This document shows, piece by piece, positions 1-12,925 of a stretch of 64,000 nt of DNA. This DNA comes from Octopus sinensis (Eukaryota). Position 1 is the stretch's first letter. The number at the start of each line of letters is the position of its first letter. The stretch is taken from assembly GCF_006345805.1 (NCBI RefSeq), contig NC_043004.1, positions 33,356,001-33,420,000 of the forward strand. The letters run 5' to 3'. Both the position numbers and the translations under genes were made by a program. The notes beneath the pieces are model-generated. The model did no database searches, was not told the origin of the DNA, and saw nothing but the letters and a program-made list of their open reading frames with translations.

Positions 1-158
1 ACACACACACACATACACACACACACACACACACTATAAAATTTACCCCAGAAGGCAATTTTATTTAAATATTTTATGTTACAACAGTTAAAGTAACTTT
101 GAATGTTTATCAAATTGCAACAAGTTTGTGTATCTAATAAAGAATTTATGAAACATAC

Positions 159-345
159 GAAATTCTGAAATAACAAACAGAAATGGGAGTATGCTGTATG
201 TCTGGGAAATAATTACAACAATGCCAAATGAAAAGTGATGCCTCTGTACAAAACTTTTGATATTTAATCTTCTCTTGACATAAAATTCTTCATCTTTTGT
301 TTTTATATTCAACTGACTTCCACCATCACAGAGCATCAATGTGTT
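159..345 (-). CDS. Candidate exon of an unidentified minus-strand gene (NTLMLCDGGSQLNIKTKDEEFYVKRRL...FVISEF), or a 6-nt microexon at 159-164
   Basis: Acceptor tttatatttccccag| before 345 and donor |gtatgt after 159; only one frame is open. A second strong acceptor (tttctgtttgttatttcag|) lies 6 nt before the donor. No homology recognised. Confidence 0.2.
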
Positions 346-439
346 CTGGGGAAATATAAAGTTTTCTACTGGATTTCAGGAACGATTGATTATATTTATA
401 AATTGCTTTTCTAATAGTATGTTCAACTGTTTGTTAGTA

Positions 440-726
440 TCAACCAAGCTTTTCAAATACAAAAAAAAAGAAAAAAAATGTTGTGAAATACCCTCCTCCT
501 CCTGTCTTTGTTCTTGCTTTTGTTGTTCTTGTTCTTGTTTTTTTGTCCATCCTCATCCTTCTCCTTCTCTTCCCCTTGTCCTTCTCCTCCCCTTCTCCTT
601 CTCTTCCCCTTCTCCTTCTCACCCCCTTGTCCTTCTCCTCCCTCTTCTCCTTCTCCTTCTTCTCACCATCCTCTTGCTTCCTCTTCTGTTGACTTAGTTT
701 ACCATTAGGCTTTTGCATTATCAAAG

Positions 727-770
<44 letters not shown>
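440..770. repeat. Pyrimidine-rich low-complexity tract ending in (CT)n
   Basis: Degenerate CTT/CTC repeats followed by (CT)n at about 730-768; the overlapping ORFs are compositional artefacts. Confidence 0.9.
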
Positions 771-773
<3 letters not shown>

Positions 774-780
774 CAATATT

Positions 781-1395
781 TTAACCCAATTGTCATCAAT
801 CCATGTGAGACTCATCCTGCATCTATAATACAAAACCCTCATTTTAAAGTTATCTAAAAACTTTCCATCAAAATTTCATGTTAATTTATGTTCCAAGTGT
901 CAGCTTAATAATACAACAGAGTCATTTTACTAAAGTCTTCATTACTTTCAAAATAAATTGAAACAAAGACGGTGTATTTCAGCAGAAATATGGTAAATGA
1001 AACAGTTAACGGGGTCAAAATGAAAACCTTCCATCAAAATTTCATGTTAATTTGTGTTTCAAATACCAGCTTAATAATGACAGAATTATGTTATTAAATC
1101 TCTCTATATATAAAGCTGAAGTTGTCTGTGTATGGCAGGTTTGGTAGCCTATGTTAACACCAAAAATTATTTACATCAAAAAGGTTAATTTTTTTATATG
1201 AAAATCCCTATTTTTTACGATTTTTTTACTGCTGCATCGCCATTTTTCGAATGCAAAATTTTTACTTTTCAAAAATTCCAATTCTAAAGGGTTGAAATAA
1301 ACCTGAGCAACGCCAGGTGTTATTGCTAGTTCTTCATTATTTTTAGAATTAAGTAAGGTATATCAACTGAAATATGGTAACAAAAGGACTAAATG
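781..1395. mobile_element. Two adjacent copies of a piggyBac-like non-autonomous element (TTAA-bounded); the second is interrupted by a Helitron
   Basis: ttaaccc at 781, cagttaa at about 1009 and a second end gtaacaaaaggactaaa at about 1393. The internal motif ttccatcaaaatttcatgttaattt occurs in both copies. Confidence 0.45.
1099..1329 (+). mobile_element. Non-autonomous Helitron (231 bp)
   Basis: Starts with TC (TCtctctatatataaag), has a subterminal hairpin cctg-agcaacgc-cagg (1302-1317) and ends CTAG (1326-1329). It sits between A and T with no TSD, and the host sequence taaa|ttcttcatt rejoins when it is removed. Confidence 0.8.
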
Positions 1396-2409
1396 TCTTA
1401 GCATCATAATTTCTATACGCTATGAGTCTAGGTTCCAAGTGAAATTCAAAATGGTTTCCTCCAGGGTGGAATTAACTAAGTTTTTAAATAATAATATACA
1501 TACACATCAAAATTAGTTCAATAAATTTTTCTAGTCTCATATTGGAAATTGTAAAAATTTGAATAGTAATAGCAATGGGAATTCACAAGATTTTTTTTTC
1601 AAATTCTTGGAACATTTTCAAATAGCTATTTGATGTTTCTGAATATTCAAGCAGAATGTTTTTGTTGCATTAATGTTTTAAACATTGTATTTTTGATTAA
1701 ACATATCATGTATGATATGGTTGCAAAGGTATGGATTTAATTTAAATTTGTTGCTGTTTTTGATGACAGAACGACTTGTTAAAAAAAATCAAGGAATTCC
1801 GAGAAAATCAATTTCCTGATTAAAATATCAACCTTGAATTACATCACAAAAATATTGGTAAATTTTGCATCAATTGAAAACAGGCCAGATTTGTTTCAGC
1901 TTCCTCTGGAATAAGACAATAATATAACATAACCAATTTGGAAGGACTAAAAAAAACACTATAAAACATTTGTATCAAAGAACCCCAGGAAACTTACCTT
2001 TATGCCAAAGTCATAGTCCTTATGGCATTATAATAGCTATTTGGAATCATGTAGCACTGTTTATCAAAGTCCTCTTCCTATAGTCATGGAATTGCTGTCA
2101 TTTAATATGGTTTAGCAATTTTGCATTTAATCTGGCTGTGTCTAACCTGAATATTCTACCTGTTTCCTTTTCAGATCAATTAGATCCAACCTTTCACATA
2201 TACTCTATAATTTTATTCTAAAAATCCACAATCCCATCATTGAAATCATAAAGTTATGAGATAATGCATGATTAATTCAAAACAGTATGAACCTGTATTA
2301 ATACATCAGCTGTGTGGTACCTTCAGCAAGTGTCTTCAACTTGACCCGCTGGATGGCCAAAACCTTGTCAACAAATTTGAAAGGTGAAAACTAAAAGAGG
2401 ACTGTCATA

Positions 2410-3560
2410 CATATGTACTCAAGTGTGTATGTGTGTGTGCATGTGTGTGCAAGTGTGTGTATGCATTTATCTGTCTGCATGTGTGTGTATGCATGTATGT
2501 ATGCTTATGTGCATGTGTGTGTATGCATGTATGTATGCTTATGTGCATGTGTGTGTATGCATGTATGTATGCTTATGTGCATGTGTGTGTATGCATGTAT
2601 GCATGCATGTGTGTGTATGCATGTATGCATGCATGTGTGTGTGCATGTGTATGTATGCATTTACTGTATGCATGTGTGTGCATGCATTTGTGGGTGCATG
2701 TGGAGTGTATGTGTGTGTATGCATTTAGCTGTCTGCATGTGTGTGTATGCATATGTGCATGTGTGTATGCATGTGTGTGCATATGTGTGTGCATGAGTGT
2801 GTATGCATTTATCTCAGTGCATATGTGTATATGCATTAATCTGTGTGCATGTGTGTGTAAGCATGTGTGGGTATGCATGTATGTATGCATGTGTGTGTGT
2901 GCATTTATCTGTGTGCATGTGTGTGCATACATGTGTGGGTGCATGTGTGGGTGTATATGTGTGTGCATGTGTGTGTATGCATTTATCTGTGTGCATGTGT
3001 GTGTGCATGCATGTGTGGATGCATGTGTGAGTGTATGTGTGTGTGCATGCATTTGTGGGTGCATGTGGAGTGTATGTGTGTGTATGCATTTAGCTGTCTG
3101 CATGTGTGTGTATGCATGTATGCATGCATGTGTGGATGCATGTGTGAGTGCATGTGTGTGTAAGCATGTGTGGGTATGCATGTATGTATGCTTATGTGCA
3201 TGTGTGTGTATGCATTTATCTGTGTGCATGTGTGTAAGCATGTGTGGGTATGCATGTATGTATGCATGTGTGTGTGTGCATTTATCTGTGTGCATGTGTG
3301 TGCATACATGTGTGGGTGCATGTGTGGGTGTATATGTGTGTGCATGTGTGTGTATGCATTTATCTGTGTGCATGTGTGTGTGCATGCATGTGTGGATGCA
3401 TGTGTGAGTGTATGTGTGTGTGCATGCATGTGTGGATGCATGTGTGAGTGCATGTGTGTGTATGCTTGTATGTGCATGGTTGTTTGCATGTGTATGTGCA
3501 TGTGTGTGCAATCTGCATGCATTTTTGCATCTGTGTGTGTATTTACATTTGTACTCAATG
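2410..3560. repeat. Compound (TG/ATGC)-derived minisatellite with higher-order duplication
   Basis: Alternating purine-pyrimidine tract. A block of about 200 bp at about 2853-3050 recurs at about 3232-3429, and variant motifs such as tttatctgtgtgcatg recur. Confidence 0.95.
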
Positions 3561-4073
3561 GAAACTGCTTGCTCTAAGTGCTGCTACTGTTGCCATTTCT
3601 TCTGCCAATAAATCCTTTATTACCTTCACATTATTGAAGACATGTGAAGTGCAATATTCTTTACGTGTGAAACATTGAAGTGTTAGCAACAGGAAGGTCA
3701 TCCAGCTGTAAAACAATGGTTCAGTAATAAACTTGTCTAACCCTCGCTAGCAAGAAAAACACACGTAAAATGAGTGAAAGATCAAGCAAAAATGATCTTT
3801 TTCTAGGTCCATGGTTACCTGGTTTCATTCCACCACTTGACATTGGGTTTCTTTAGCAGAGTCCAACCTATTTCAATCATCTAAGTTTGGTCCCTGATCT
3901 AAAGATGGTTAACATGCTTTGTTCCACCAATTTTGAAAGCTCTAGAAACTTCTCTTTGTATTTCCATCTTTCTTGGGACAAAATCACGAAAAGATTGAAA
4001 AGAAATTTTAAATCTTACCTTCCACACATAGCATTTATATATTGTTTATACACACACACACCACACACACTTA

Positions 4074-4127
<54 letters not shown>

Positions 4128-4558
4128 CACGCACCACACATGGTGTTCATGAATTAGCTTTACAATTTGAAAAATTCAGCCAACAAAAAAAGAATGGATA
4201 ACCCAGCAGATTGTGTGGAAGTGTTCTGATGTTTTCAATAAAACTTTATTTGCCTATATTTTCCAATAAATTCTACTGAGTTATCCTTTATTTTTCCTGA
4301 ATTTCTCAAATTGTAAAGGTATATACATATACATACACTCACACACACACAGACACACACACATACATACATATATATATATATAAATAAATATTTCTAA
4401 AATTTCTGTATGAACCTAATTTTGTTACTAACATGATATAAATCTATAAAAGTCATATGTACTCATAAAGCTGCTACCTTAGCTCCATGGTTTGTTGTGT
4501 GGTGTAAATGGCATATATATACATACATATATATTTGTATATATACATATATATATAT

Positions 4559-4598
<40 letters not shown>

Positions 4599-5536
4599 AT
4601 ATATATATATATATATTATATATATATATATATATATGATCTAAAATAGGACACTATTCCATTGTGTTTGTAACATTTCCAGATGATTTAGTTCCAGTTT
4701 AACTACATTGAAGAGAACTGATGCATGGTAGGATTAAATGTTGAGACCAGACAAACAATAAAATGTCTGCAACAAATTTGAACTTGTAACCCATTAGTTT
4801 ATGGTCGAATACTTTATTCACTACTCCCAATTTATTCCAACATTCCCACCTTATGCAATCAAATCACAGTTCTTCATTTTTCAGCGAGCTGATTTTAAGT
4901 TGTAAATTTTTATAAAAACATGAACAAGGATGGTATGATCACTTAATGATGGGTCGATGAATTACTACTGTAGTCTTTGATACTCGCCTAAAATGGAACT
5001 TGAAAGGAATCTTTAGTTCTCTCTAGTTAGTTCAAGCAGCAAAGAAACAATATCTAATGTTTCTGACAGCAACAGAACAACAACAACAAAATATAAAAAT
5101 CTAAACAAGATTTGTTCAGTTCTTTTAAATCCCATTATTTCATTAAAAAGATGACATTTATCTTCAACTAGGAAGCTAAAAGAGAATCAATACGCTTCTT
5201 AGGGTGGGTATTTTTAGAAAATAACTGATGGGAATTTGAAAATGAAAAATAAAAAAAAAATTTATATTTTATTATTTTTTTTATATATATTTTTTTTTCA
5301 GAAGGAAATTCTAAATGTTAGGAATCTGAAAATAATGAGAAAATTCTAAATGTTGTTACAACACTTCTCTTAATGAAGGAGAATTTTAATAGAATTTGCT
5401 ATTGCTTGTGATGTTGGTAGTGTTAATTCTAATTGCAATGTTGACACTGTGGTATTGATTTTAGTGCTAACAACTTAATGTTGACGAAATAGTATTTTAG
5501 TTGTAATGTTTCTTGAATACTATTGACTAAGGAGCA

Positions 5537-5798
5537 TTATAAGCGAAATGGTGATGTTATGCAATTCTGAGAGCAACGTAGCCTATAGAACATGGACAGC
5601 CTGATGACAATATAACAGAAGGCAACAGTTGGATATTTAGAAGGGAATACAATATATAAAATATTTTCATTGAAGTATGGAGTATTTATTATCCTCATCA
5701 GCATCGTTTTACTGTCTACTTTTCTATGGCTTGCAAGGGTCAGATAAGTACATTGAGGCAGAGTTCTGCTATGGCCAAATGCCTTTATAAGTGACAGC
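5537..5798 (-). CDS. Candidate exon, possibly terminal (AVTYKGIWP* or LSLIKAFGHSRTLPQ...SPFRL*)
   Basis: Strong acceptor cttcttactcttttcccctcag| before 5798; reading frame ambiguous; no recognised homology. Confidence 0.15.
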
Positions 5799-5922
5799 CT
5801 GAGGGGAAAAGAGTAAGAAGTTTCCCTAAAACCATATGGCAAAGGACTCTTGCCAAGGAAAGGAAATGAGAAGGATAAAAAAGCTGGAATGAGACCAGGA
5901 CAGTGGCAGAAGACAGAGATAA

Positions 5923-6155
5923 GGCGGCGAGTTGGCAGAATCGTTGGCACACCGGGCGAAATGCTTTGCAGTATTTCATCTGCTGTTATGTTCTGAGTTC
6001 AAATTCCACCGAGGTCAACTTTGCCTTTCATCCTTTTGGGGTTGATAAATTAAGTACCAGTTACGCACTGGGGTCGATGTAGTTGACTTACTCCGTTTGT
6101 CTGTCCTTGTTTGTCCCTTCTGTGTTTAGCCCCTTGTGGGTAGTAAAGAAATAAC
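5923..6155 (+). mobile_element. Full-length tRNA-derived SINE (family A) with target-site duplication
   Basis: Head ggcggcgagttggcagaatcg, B-box-like gagttcaaattcc, tail tgtgggtagtaaagaaata. The 13-bp TSD aagacagagataa is at 5910-5922 and 6156-6168. Confidence 0.9.
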
Positions 6156-6653
6156 AAGACAGAGATAATTGAAGAGATTGTGTTGTGGCCTTATGTACTT
6201 CATGGCATGGAAATAACTAATAAACGTCCTTATTGCCACTGACCCCTATTTGTTTTCAAGCAAAGGATAAAACCTCTCAGTTTATTGAGCAACAAACAGC
6301 CTGGACATGTTTTATGTAGAGAACTGGAAACAAACAACATCAAATAATCTACTTCATTTCCAAAAAATTGTACAACATGTTGAGACAGGTCAAGAAACTC
6401 AGACATGCTTTTACGGAGAATTGCAAGCCAAAGAATCAACAGGAAAACCATTGTTTACAAACTGGAAAACACAAGAGAAATATGAATTCACACAAACAAA
6501 CATGCACATAGACACACACGTACACACACGTACAAACGTAACATTTATTAACAGAATAATAGTTTACATGCAATGGTAATAGCATAAGTTTTGTTTAATG
6601 CTATCAGCAGTTCTATGAAAAAGAGCAAAGTATATTTTTGTTGTTGTTGTTGT

Positions 6654-6689
<36 letters not shown>

Positions 6690-6777
6690 CGACGACGACG
6701 ACGATGATGATGATGATGATGATGATGGTCATGATGATCATGATTATTTAGATCACCTTTTGTTGGCATAGCAGATT

Positions 6778-7290
6778 AAAGTAATATTCTGCACTCCCTG
6801 TTTGGCCCTTCTCAAGATAGTCCAGTCACCAAAATCCCGTCTTTATCCTCCCCTAAAGTGCTTAATCTTGGGTTTTCATTCGCTTTAACTGCAGAGAACC
6901 CAAGTGCAGCCAGTCCATTGATTGTGGTTTGGTCTCCAGATCCTGCTGATAGAATAAAGTTTTATCAACAGTGATGAGTCACTTCAAATACATATTAAAT
7001 AATCTCTGAAATTCTCACAGAATCCAATTTGGTTTCTGATCAGCATTCAAGTACTTTGGCACCAGCTTGGCCGGCAGATTCTTCACATCTAAATGTCTCT
7101 GAATTATAAACCCATTACTTTCCATATCTTTAATGTTCCAGCAAATGATTTAATCCGTTGATAACCAAAGTTAGATTATGGACTTGTACAACAATTTTGT
7201 AACCTGGCACTAAGATGTTGTCCCAGACTGCGTTCTGGTCACAGAATACCTTTACTCAGAATTGCCACGTCACTTCGTTACAGGTGAGTG
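6778..7290 (-). pseudogene. Degenerate mariner transposase fragment
   Basis: With frameshifts, the minus strand gives HLDVKNLPAKLVPKYLNADQK, LITVDK, DLETKPQSMDWLHLGS and DKDGILV..YLEKGQTGSAEYY. These match the mariner motifs WVPKxL, VTxDE, YDPETKxQS and DYLxKGQTINAEYY. Confidence 0.8.
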
Positions 7291-7534
7291 GCACTTGTCA
7301 TCTAATGCTTGCATAAAACAATCAAGGACTTCTTTTTGAATTTTCTTCTACAAATATTTCATAATTGCTTTGAGTTTAGCATTTGAAAAGTTTACATTTA
7401 ATATTGACATGTTTTAGATTAATAATCTAAACAAAAGATTGAAAATAAAAACAGAGTTAAATTCGAGTGCATTTGCAATTTACATCATAAAAGTATATTT
7501 GCAGTTATAATGGCAAAAATATCCTTTGGTTTGC

Positions 7535-7955
7535 AGGAATGGATTGGTTCAGTCCCATTGTTTGGCACCTTGGGCAAGTGTCTTCTATAGCCTCAGGCTA
7601 ACCATTGCCTTGTGAGTGGATTTGGTTGGTGAGAACTGTGTAGAAGCCCACTGAATGTGTGTGTAAGTATGTGTGTGTATGTCTGTGTGTGTATGTCTGT
7701 GTGTGTATGTGTGTGTATATGTGTTGTATGTCTGTGTGTGTGTATGTCTGTGTGCGTGTTTGTTCCCCAGTGTTGGTTTATTTATGTCCCTAATGTCCCT
7801 GTAACTTAGTGGTTCAGCAGAAGAGAACAATAGAATAAGAACCGAACATAAGCAAAATAAGCCCTGGAATCGATTTGCTTGACAAAACCCTTCAAAGTGC
7901 TGCCCCAGCATGGCCACAGTCCAATGACTGAGACAAGTAAATGATAAAACACAGA
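7535..7955 (+). mobile_element. SINE family B (CORE-like ggcaccttgggcaagtgtc, internal TG tract), diverged
   Basis: ggttcagtccca...ggcaccttgggcaagtgtcttctatag; tail ccagcatggccacagtccaatgactgagacaag. Confidence 0.7.
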
Positions 7956-8774
7956 AGAAATAGGATATCCTCATGGTGTCTCCCTCTGTTGCTACATCAA
8001 GTTTCCTCCTCTCTGGATATTATTTCCACATCACTAGTCTGTGATTGAATTTCCTTGATGCAATGTAAGAATGGTATACTTTCTGGCATTAATGCCAATA
8101 ATTATTTGTTGGTTGTCAAAGAGTTCCATGTAAATTATTTCTGTAATTAGGTGCTAATTACCAAAGCTGGTTTGTCAGCAACCACTTGCTGCTCTAAGTA
8201 AGATTCTACCAGGTTTGTAGTTGAATAAGGGTTATTTAAATGATATTTCTTCTCTTGACACCACTGTTCATGCCTTCTCTTGAGAATCTCAAAAGCCTTG
8301 CATGAGTGTGTGAATTGTTATGCTTCTCAGCTAAGTAACAAAGCAACCTTTCCGAGCCTTAATATAAAATACATCCAAGAGTTACTGGACATTTCCCTTC
8401 TGACTACATACCATATTTAATGGCATATAAAAGACATTTCTCCACTCCTTAAAAAATGTCTCAAAAAAAAAATCGCCTCCAGTTGTATATACAAAGTTAG
8501 GCTTCCCATAAACTGAATATGCTAAGACCATTTTCTTTTCTGAATATTTATTGCTGAAATTGTAATGCATCTAATACGCCCACGTGCCTTTTTTATGCTA
8601 CCAAATATGTGTGCTCATCCAGGCTACCTCACCTTAGCTACATTCTACTGACATCTACCAATCATCTCTTCAACCAGAGCCACCATCCCAATACTTTCTC
8701 AGCAGCCTCTACATTGATCTTGATGCCTCTTCATCTGCTCATTTCTGTAATGCCCAGGGTTCCATAGATATGAA

Positions 8775-9035
8775 GACACATGACTTAGTGGTTAGGGAAT
8801 TTAGTTCACAGTCCTAAGGTTGTGAGTTCAATTTTTGGTGGTGGGATGTGTCCTTGGACAAGACACATTATTTCATGTTGCTCCAAAAATGAGTTGCACT
8901 TGTAATTCAAAAGGCCAGCCTTGTCACATTCTGAAGGGTGCACATCTCTGTTGAGTACTCGGCCACTTGTGTGTTAACTTCACGAGCAGGCTGTTCCATT
9001 GATCTGATTAACAGGAAACCTCATCGTTGTAAACT
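8775..9035 (+). mobile_element. SINE family C remnant
   Basis: tagtggttaggg...tgtgtccttggacaagacac...gcaggctgttccattgat; homologous to 28480-28775 and 24515-24770. Confidence 0.6.
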
Positions 9036-9237
9036 ATGGAGTGCCAGACATTGCTCGCGATATGTATCATCATCATCATTGTCGTCGTCGTCGTCGTCAT
9101 CATCATCGTCATCACCATCATCATCGTCATCATCATCATAATCATCATCATCATCATCACCATCATCACCACCACCACCACCACTATCATCATCGTCATC
9201 ATCGTCATCATCATCATCATCATCATCGTCATCATCG

Positions 9238-9282
<45 letters not shown>

Positions 9283-9284
9283 AC

Positions 9285-9610
9285 GTCGTCGTTGTTTAAT
9301 GTCTGCTTTCCATGCTGGCATGGTTTGGACGGTTTGACTGAGGACTAGCAAGCCTCTACGCTACACCAGGCTCCAATCTGATTCGGCAAGATTTCTACAG
9401 CTGGATGCCCTTCCTAATGCCAACCACTCCAAGAGTGTAGTGGGTACTTTTTACATGCCCCCTGCACGGGGACCAGTCAGGCAGCACTGGTATCAGCCAT
9501 GACTACAATTTCACTTGACTCAACAGGTCTTCTCAAGCACAACATATTACCCGACTATTGAAGTTATGTGACACTGGCATTGGCCATAGCTACAATGTTT
9601 CTTAGCTTTC
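9285..9610 (-). mobile_element. RTE-like LINE 3' end (5'-truncated copy) with (GAT)n tail
   Basis: Reverse complement of ttggcattaggaagggcatccagctgtagaaa...agcatggaaagcagacattaaac followed by (gat)n. Family recurs at about 9770-9885, 11750-11960, 19620-19900, 20620-20860, 26340-26490, 39470-39715 and 51070-51230. Confidence 0.75.
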
Positions 9611-10117
9611 CTAATTTAAATTTGTTCTATTTATAGTTTGTGTATTTAATATATTTTGTATAATTATGTTTTGTACAAGTGTATATTTTGTGTGAACATG
9701 AATATTTTGTATGTATATATGTTTCGTACCTATGTTTTATATATACATACATATATATATATATATAACATTGCCAAATTAGACTGGAGCCTGGTGCAGC
9801 CTTCTGGCTTCCCAGAACCCCGGTTGAACCGTCCAACCCATGCTAGCATGGAGAACGGACGTTAAACGACGATGATGATGATGATGATGTATGTATGTAT
9901 GTATGTATGTACATACATATATATATATATGTATGTATGTATGTACATATATATATATTTTTTTTTCTAGTTTCAGCTCAGAGCTGCGGCCATGCATATA
10001 TATATATATTCCTTGTGCAGTTATATATTTTGAATGTTAATATGTTTTAGTGAACATAAAAGAAAGAGAAATATTGACAGAGTTAGAGAGAGGGGAGAAG
10101 AAGGAGAGGGAGAGAGA

Positions 10118-10175
<58 letters not shown>

Positions 10176-12180
10176 AATGGTAGCATTATTGATGCTATCA
10201 ATAATGAAAGCTGAATTGATGTGATGACTGCCGGTGAGTGGATAGGTCAGGTGTAGAGAGCCAGAATTAATCTGTGGTTACTATCAGTGGATCAATGGGG
10301 AAAAAATATTGAAGTGTGTCTCAAATTTAATGTAGTGGTAATCCCCTGAAGAATAAAAGATGTTTGAAACCTGGAGATCATACAGATCACACAGATAACC
10401 CACTGATATTGGAACGATTGGTGGGAAGTGGATAAAGAATCAGATCGTTGAAACAATTTAAAGATAAACCACTACCGAGTTACTGCTGTGACAGAGAACA
10501 TTTGCCAGAAATATATTGGTTAGAATGTAATCAATTTTGAAAACTAAATAACTACAGAAAAAAAAAATAAAATATAAAAATTTTAAAAAAATGTTGAAAA
10601 GAAACGAAAATGTGTAAAAAATAGAAATCTTAAGCTTCTATATTCTTTAAAAGATTCACGTATAATGGTGTTAATTTATTCCATTTAAAGAAAATATAAA
10701 CAACTAATTTTAATAATTGGTAAATATGAACAAAGATATTCTTGCAATATCAGGTGAAGAGTTGCTAGTAATTTACTTTGGATTGCTATATTTGAAGGTG
10801 ATTCGATGTTTCATTACCTGCTTAATGACAAATAAAACTCACTAAATATAATCTTGCAGGTGATGTAGGATGAAGAGAAGCTTTATTTCGTTTTTATAGA
10901 TGGAGGTTCAAGTTTTGAACGATTTCTTGATTCAGCAGAATCAACAGAATATTTAATGTGGTGCTTCATTATTTTAATGGCATTGGATTGACATTTAATG
11001 GAAATATTAATGTAAGATGTCACACACCATACAGGGACAAGGGAGGCTGTGTGTTGCGAGTGTGTGTGTGTGTGATAAATGCACCTTTTACTGACATTAC
11101 TCATCATCATCATCATCATCATCACCATCTCCATCCCCCTTTCATCCTCCTCCTCATCATCACCTCCATCATCATCACCACCACCATCTCTGTCCCCCCT
11201 TCCTCATCAGCATCATCATCACCTCCATCATCATCACCACCACCATCTCTGTCCCCCCTTCCTCATCAGCATCAGCATCATCATCGTCATCATCACCACC
11301 TCCATCATCAATGTCATTGTTTTAATCTCTTCTTTTCCATGGGTTATCAGGATTCATTGAGGCAGATTTTTCTACTGCCTGATGCCCTTCCTGTTCCCAA
11401 CACTCACCTGTCTCCAAGCAAAAGTAGTATTTCCTAATGGCTGGACATGCTTGCATGGAAGCAGAGAAACAACATCACTTATGTGATGGTGACACTCATT
11501 TACAATTATTGCATGATGTTAAGATAAGGACTCACGAATACACAACACACACACATATGCATATATCATCATCATCATCATCATCATCATCATAATCATT
11601 TAATGTCCAGCTTCCATGCTGCAATGGCTTACAGTTTGATAGAGTCCAGTGAGTTTGAGGACTGAGTCATGCAGCAATGTCTTCTGGGGCATGGCTTCTA
11701 CGGATCCCCTTTCTAATACCAACCACTTTATAGAGTGTACTGGGTCATCATCATCGTCATTTAACGTCCGTTTTTCCGTGTTGGCATGGATTGGGTGGTT
11801 TGACAGGAGATGGTGAGCTGCACCAAACTCTTGTTGTCTCTTTTGACACCTGTTTCTATGGCTGGATGCCCTTCCTAACGCCAACTACTTTACGAAGTGT
11901 ATTGGGGTGCTTTTTATGTGGTACCAACATGGGTGCTTTATACATGGCACCAGTACGAGAAGTAGATTCAAGTAGTAATTAAGCTCTTATCAATGAGTCA
12001 GCTCATTAAAAATTTAATTCATGTCTTATGCCACTAAATAATGGAGTGCTGTTGAAACTTACTTTCCCTTACCTTAATCAATGAGGTTCTCTGTGAAAAC
12101 TATAATCAAATCCTTAAATGGAGGTCAACACAATATTGTGTTGTAGTTTGTTTGAAGCATTGTAGTACAGAAATAGAAAA

Positions 12181-12500
12181 ATGAATGAAATGAGAAACAA
12201 GAAAACCCTTTATATTTCAGGCACAAAGGCCTATCTTCAGAAGAATACAGTCACCGAAATGTGTATTTACATAGGTCTTACCATTTTGGATTGCCAGCTG
12301 GCAAATGATGCTGTTTTAGTCTGGTGCTTGTGCTAGTAGCTATTGCTAGCACAAGCACTGGACTATCCAAAAAGGCAGGGCCTATGTAAACATACATTTC
12401 TTTGTATTCTTCTGAAGATAAACCTTTGTGCCTGAAATATAAAGATTCTTTAAACTTTCTGATTCGTTAGGAACTTTTTTTTATTTCTTATTTCATTCAT
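12181..12500. mobile_element. About 320-bp fold-back (inverted pLTR-like) with a degenerate hammerhead-like motif on each arm
   Basis: 12181-12200 pairs with 12481-12500 (18/20); 12208-12248 pairs with 12404-12444; inner stem 12318-12364. The minus arm reads tctt-CTGAAGA-t-aggc-ctttgt-gcct-GAAA-tata-aagg. Confidence 0.7.
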
Positions 12501-12925
12501 TATTCTAAATAATCTTGCATTTAAATTGAGCAAAAGAAAACACATTTGGCTGGATCCAATTTGAACTCAGAAATGGGATGTCTTAAAGTCGATTAGGAGA
12601 ACCATCTAATATCTATTCTCAGCACATTGGCATAATTCTTCCAAAACTATTTTACTGTTGCATTCTTTAATTCAGTAATTCTTGTAATAGTTTATCATTC
12701 AGCATTGCACGTAATAATTTCTTTTGCAGTAATTGGACTTCATCTGTAAAAACCAGTAATGTTCTGTCTCTAACCAAAATGACCTCAAGAATACAATACA
12801 ATGAGGAATATGTTACAGAAGGAATATTTTTTTTCTCCCTTCTAAAAATCTTTCGAGTTCTTATCCTGAATACAAGCCAAATATTGTAATGAATTCGATG
12901 TTTAGCATTTTGGTGAAACTCTCAC

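Noticed and set aside
2384-3678. Many long ORFs up to 324 aa (Cys/Val/Met- or His/Thr-rich)
   Set aside because: Translations of TG/ATGC repeats that lack stop codons; the same applies to ORFs at 9.0-9.3, 13.6-14.2, 38.1-38.5, 45.4-46.2, 53.4-54.1, 56.3-57.3 and 62.9-63.5 kb.
5923-6010. tRNA genes at SINE heads (also 30570-30660 and 31720-31800)
   Set aside because: A/B-box-like motifs continue into SINE bodies with tails, and TSDs in some copies; no complete cloverleaf.
10720-11010. Coding-like stretch (GGSSFERFLDSAESTEYLMWCF)
   Set aside because: Interrupted by stops in every frame and no family recognised; probably an old TE relic.
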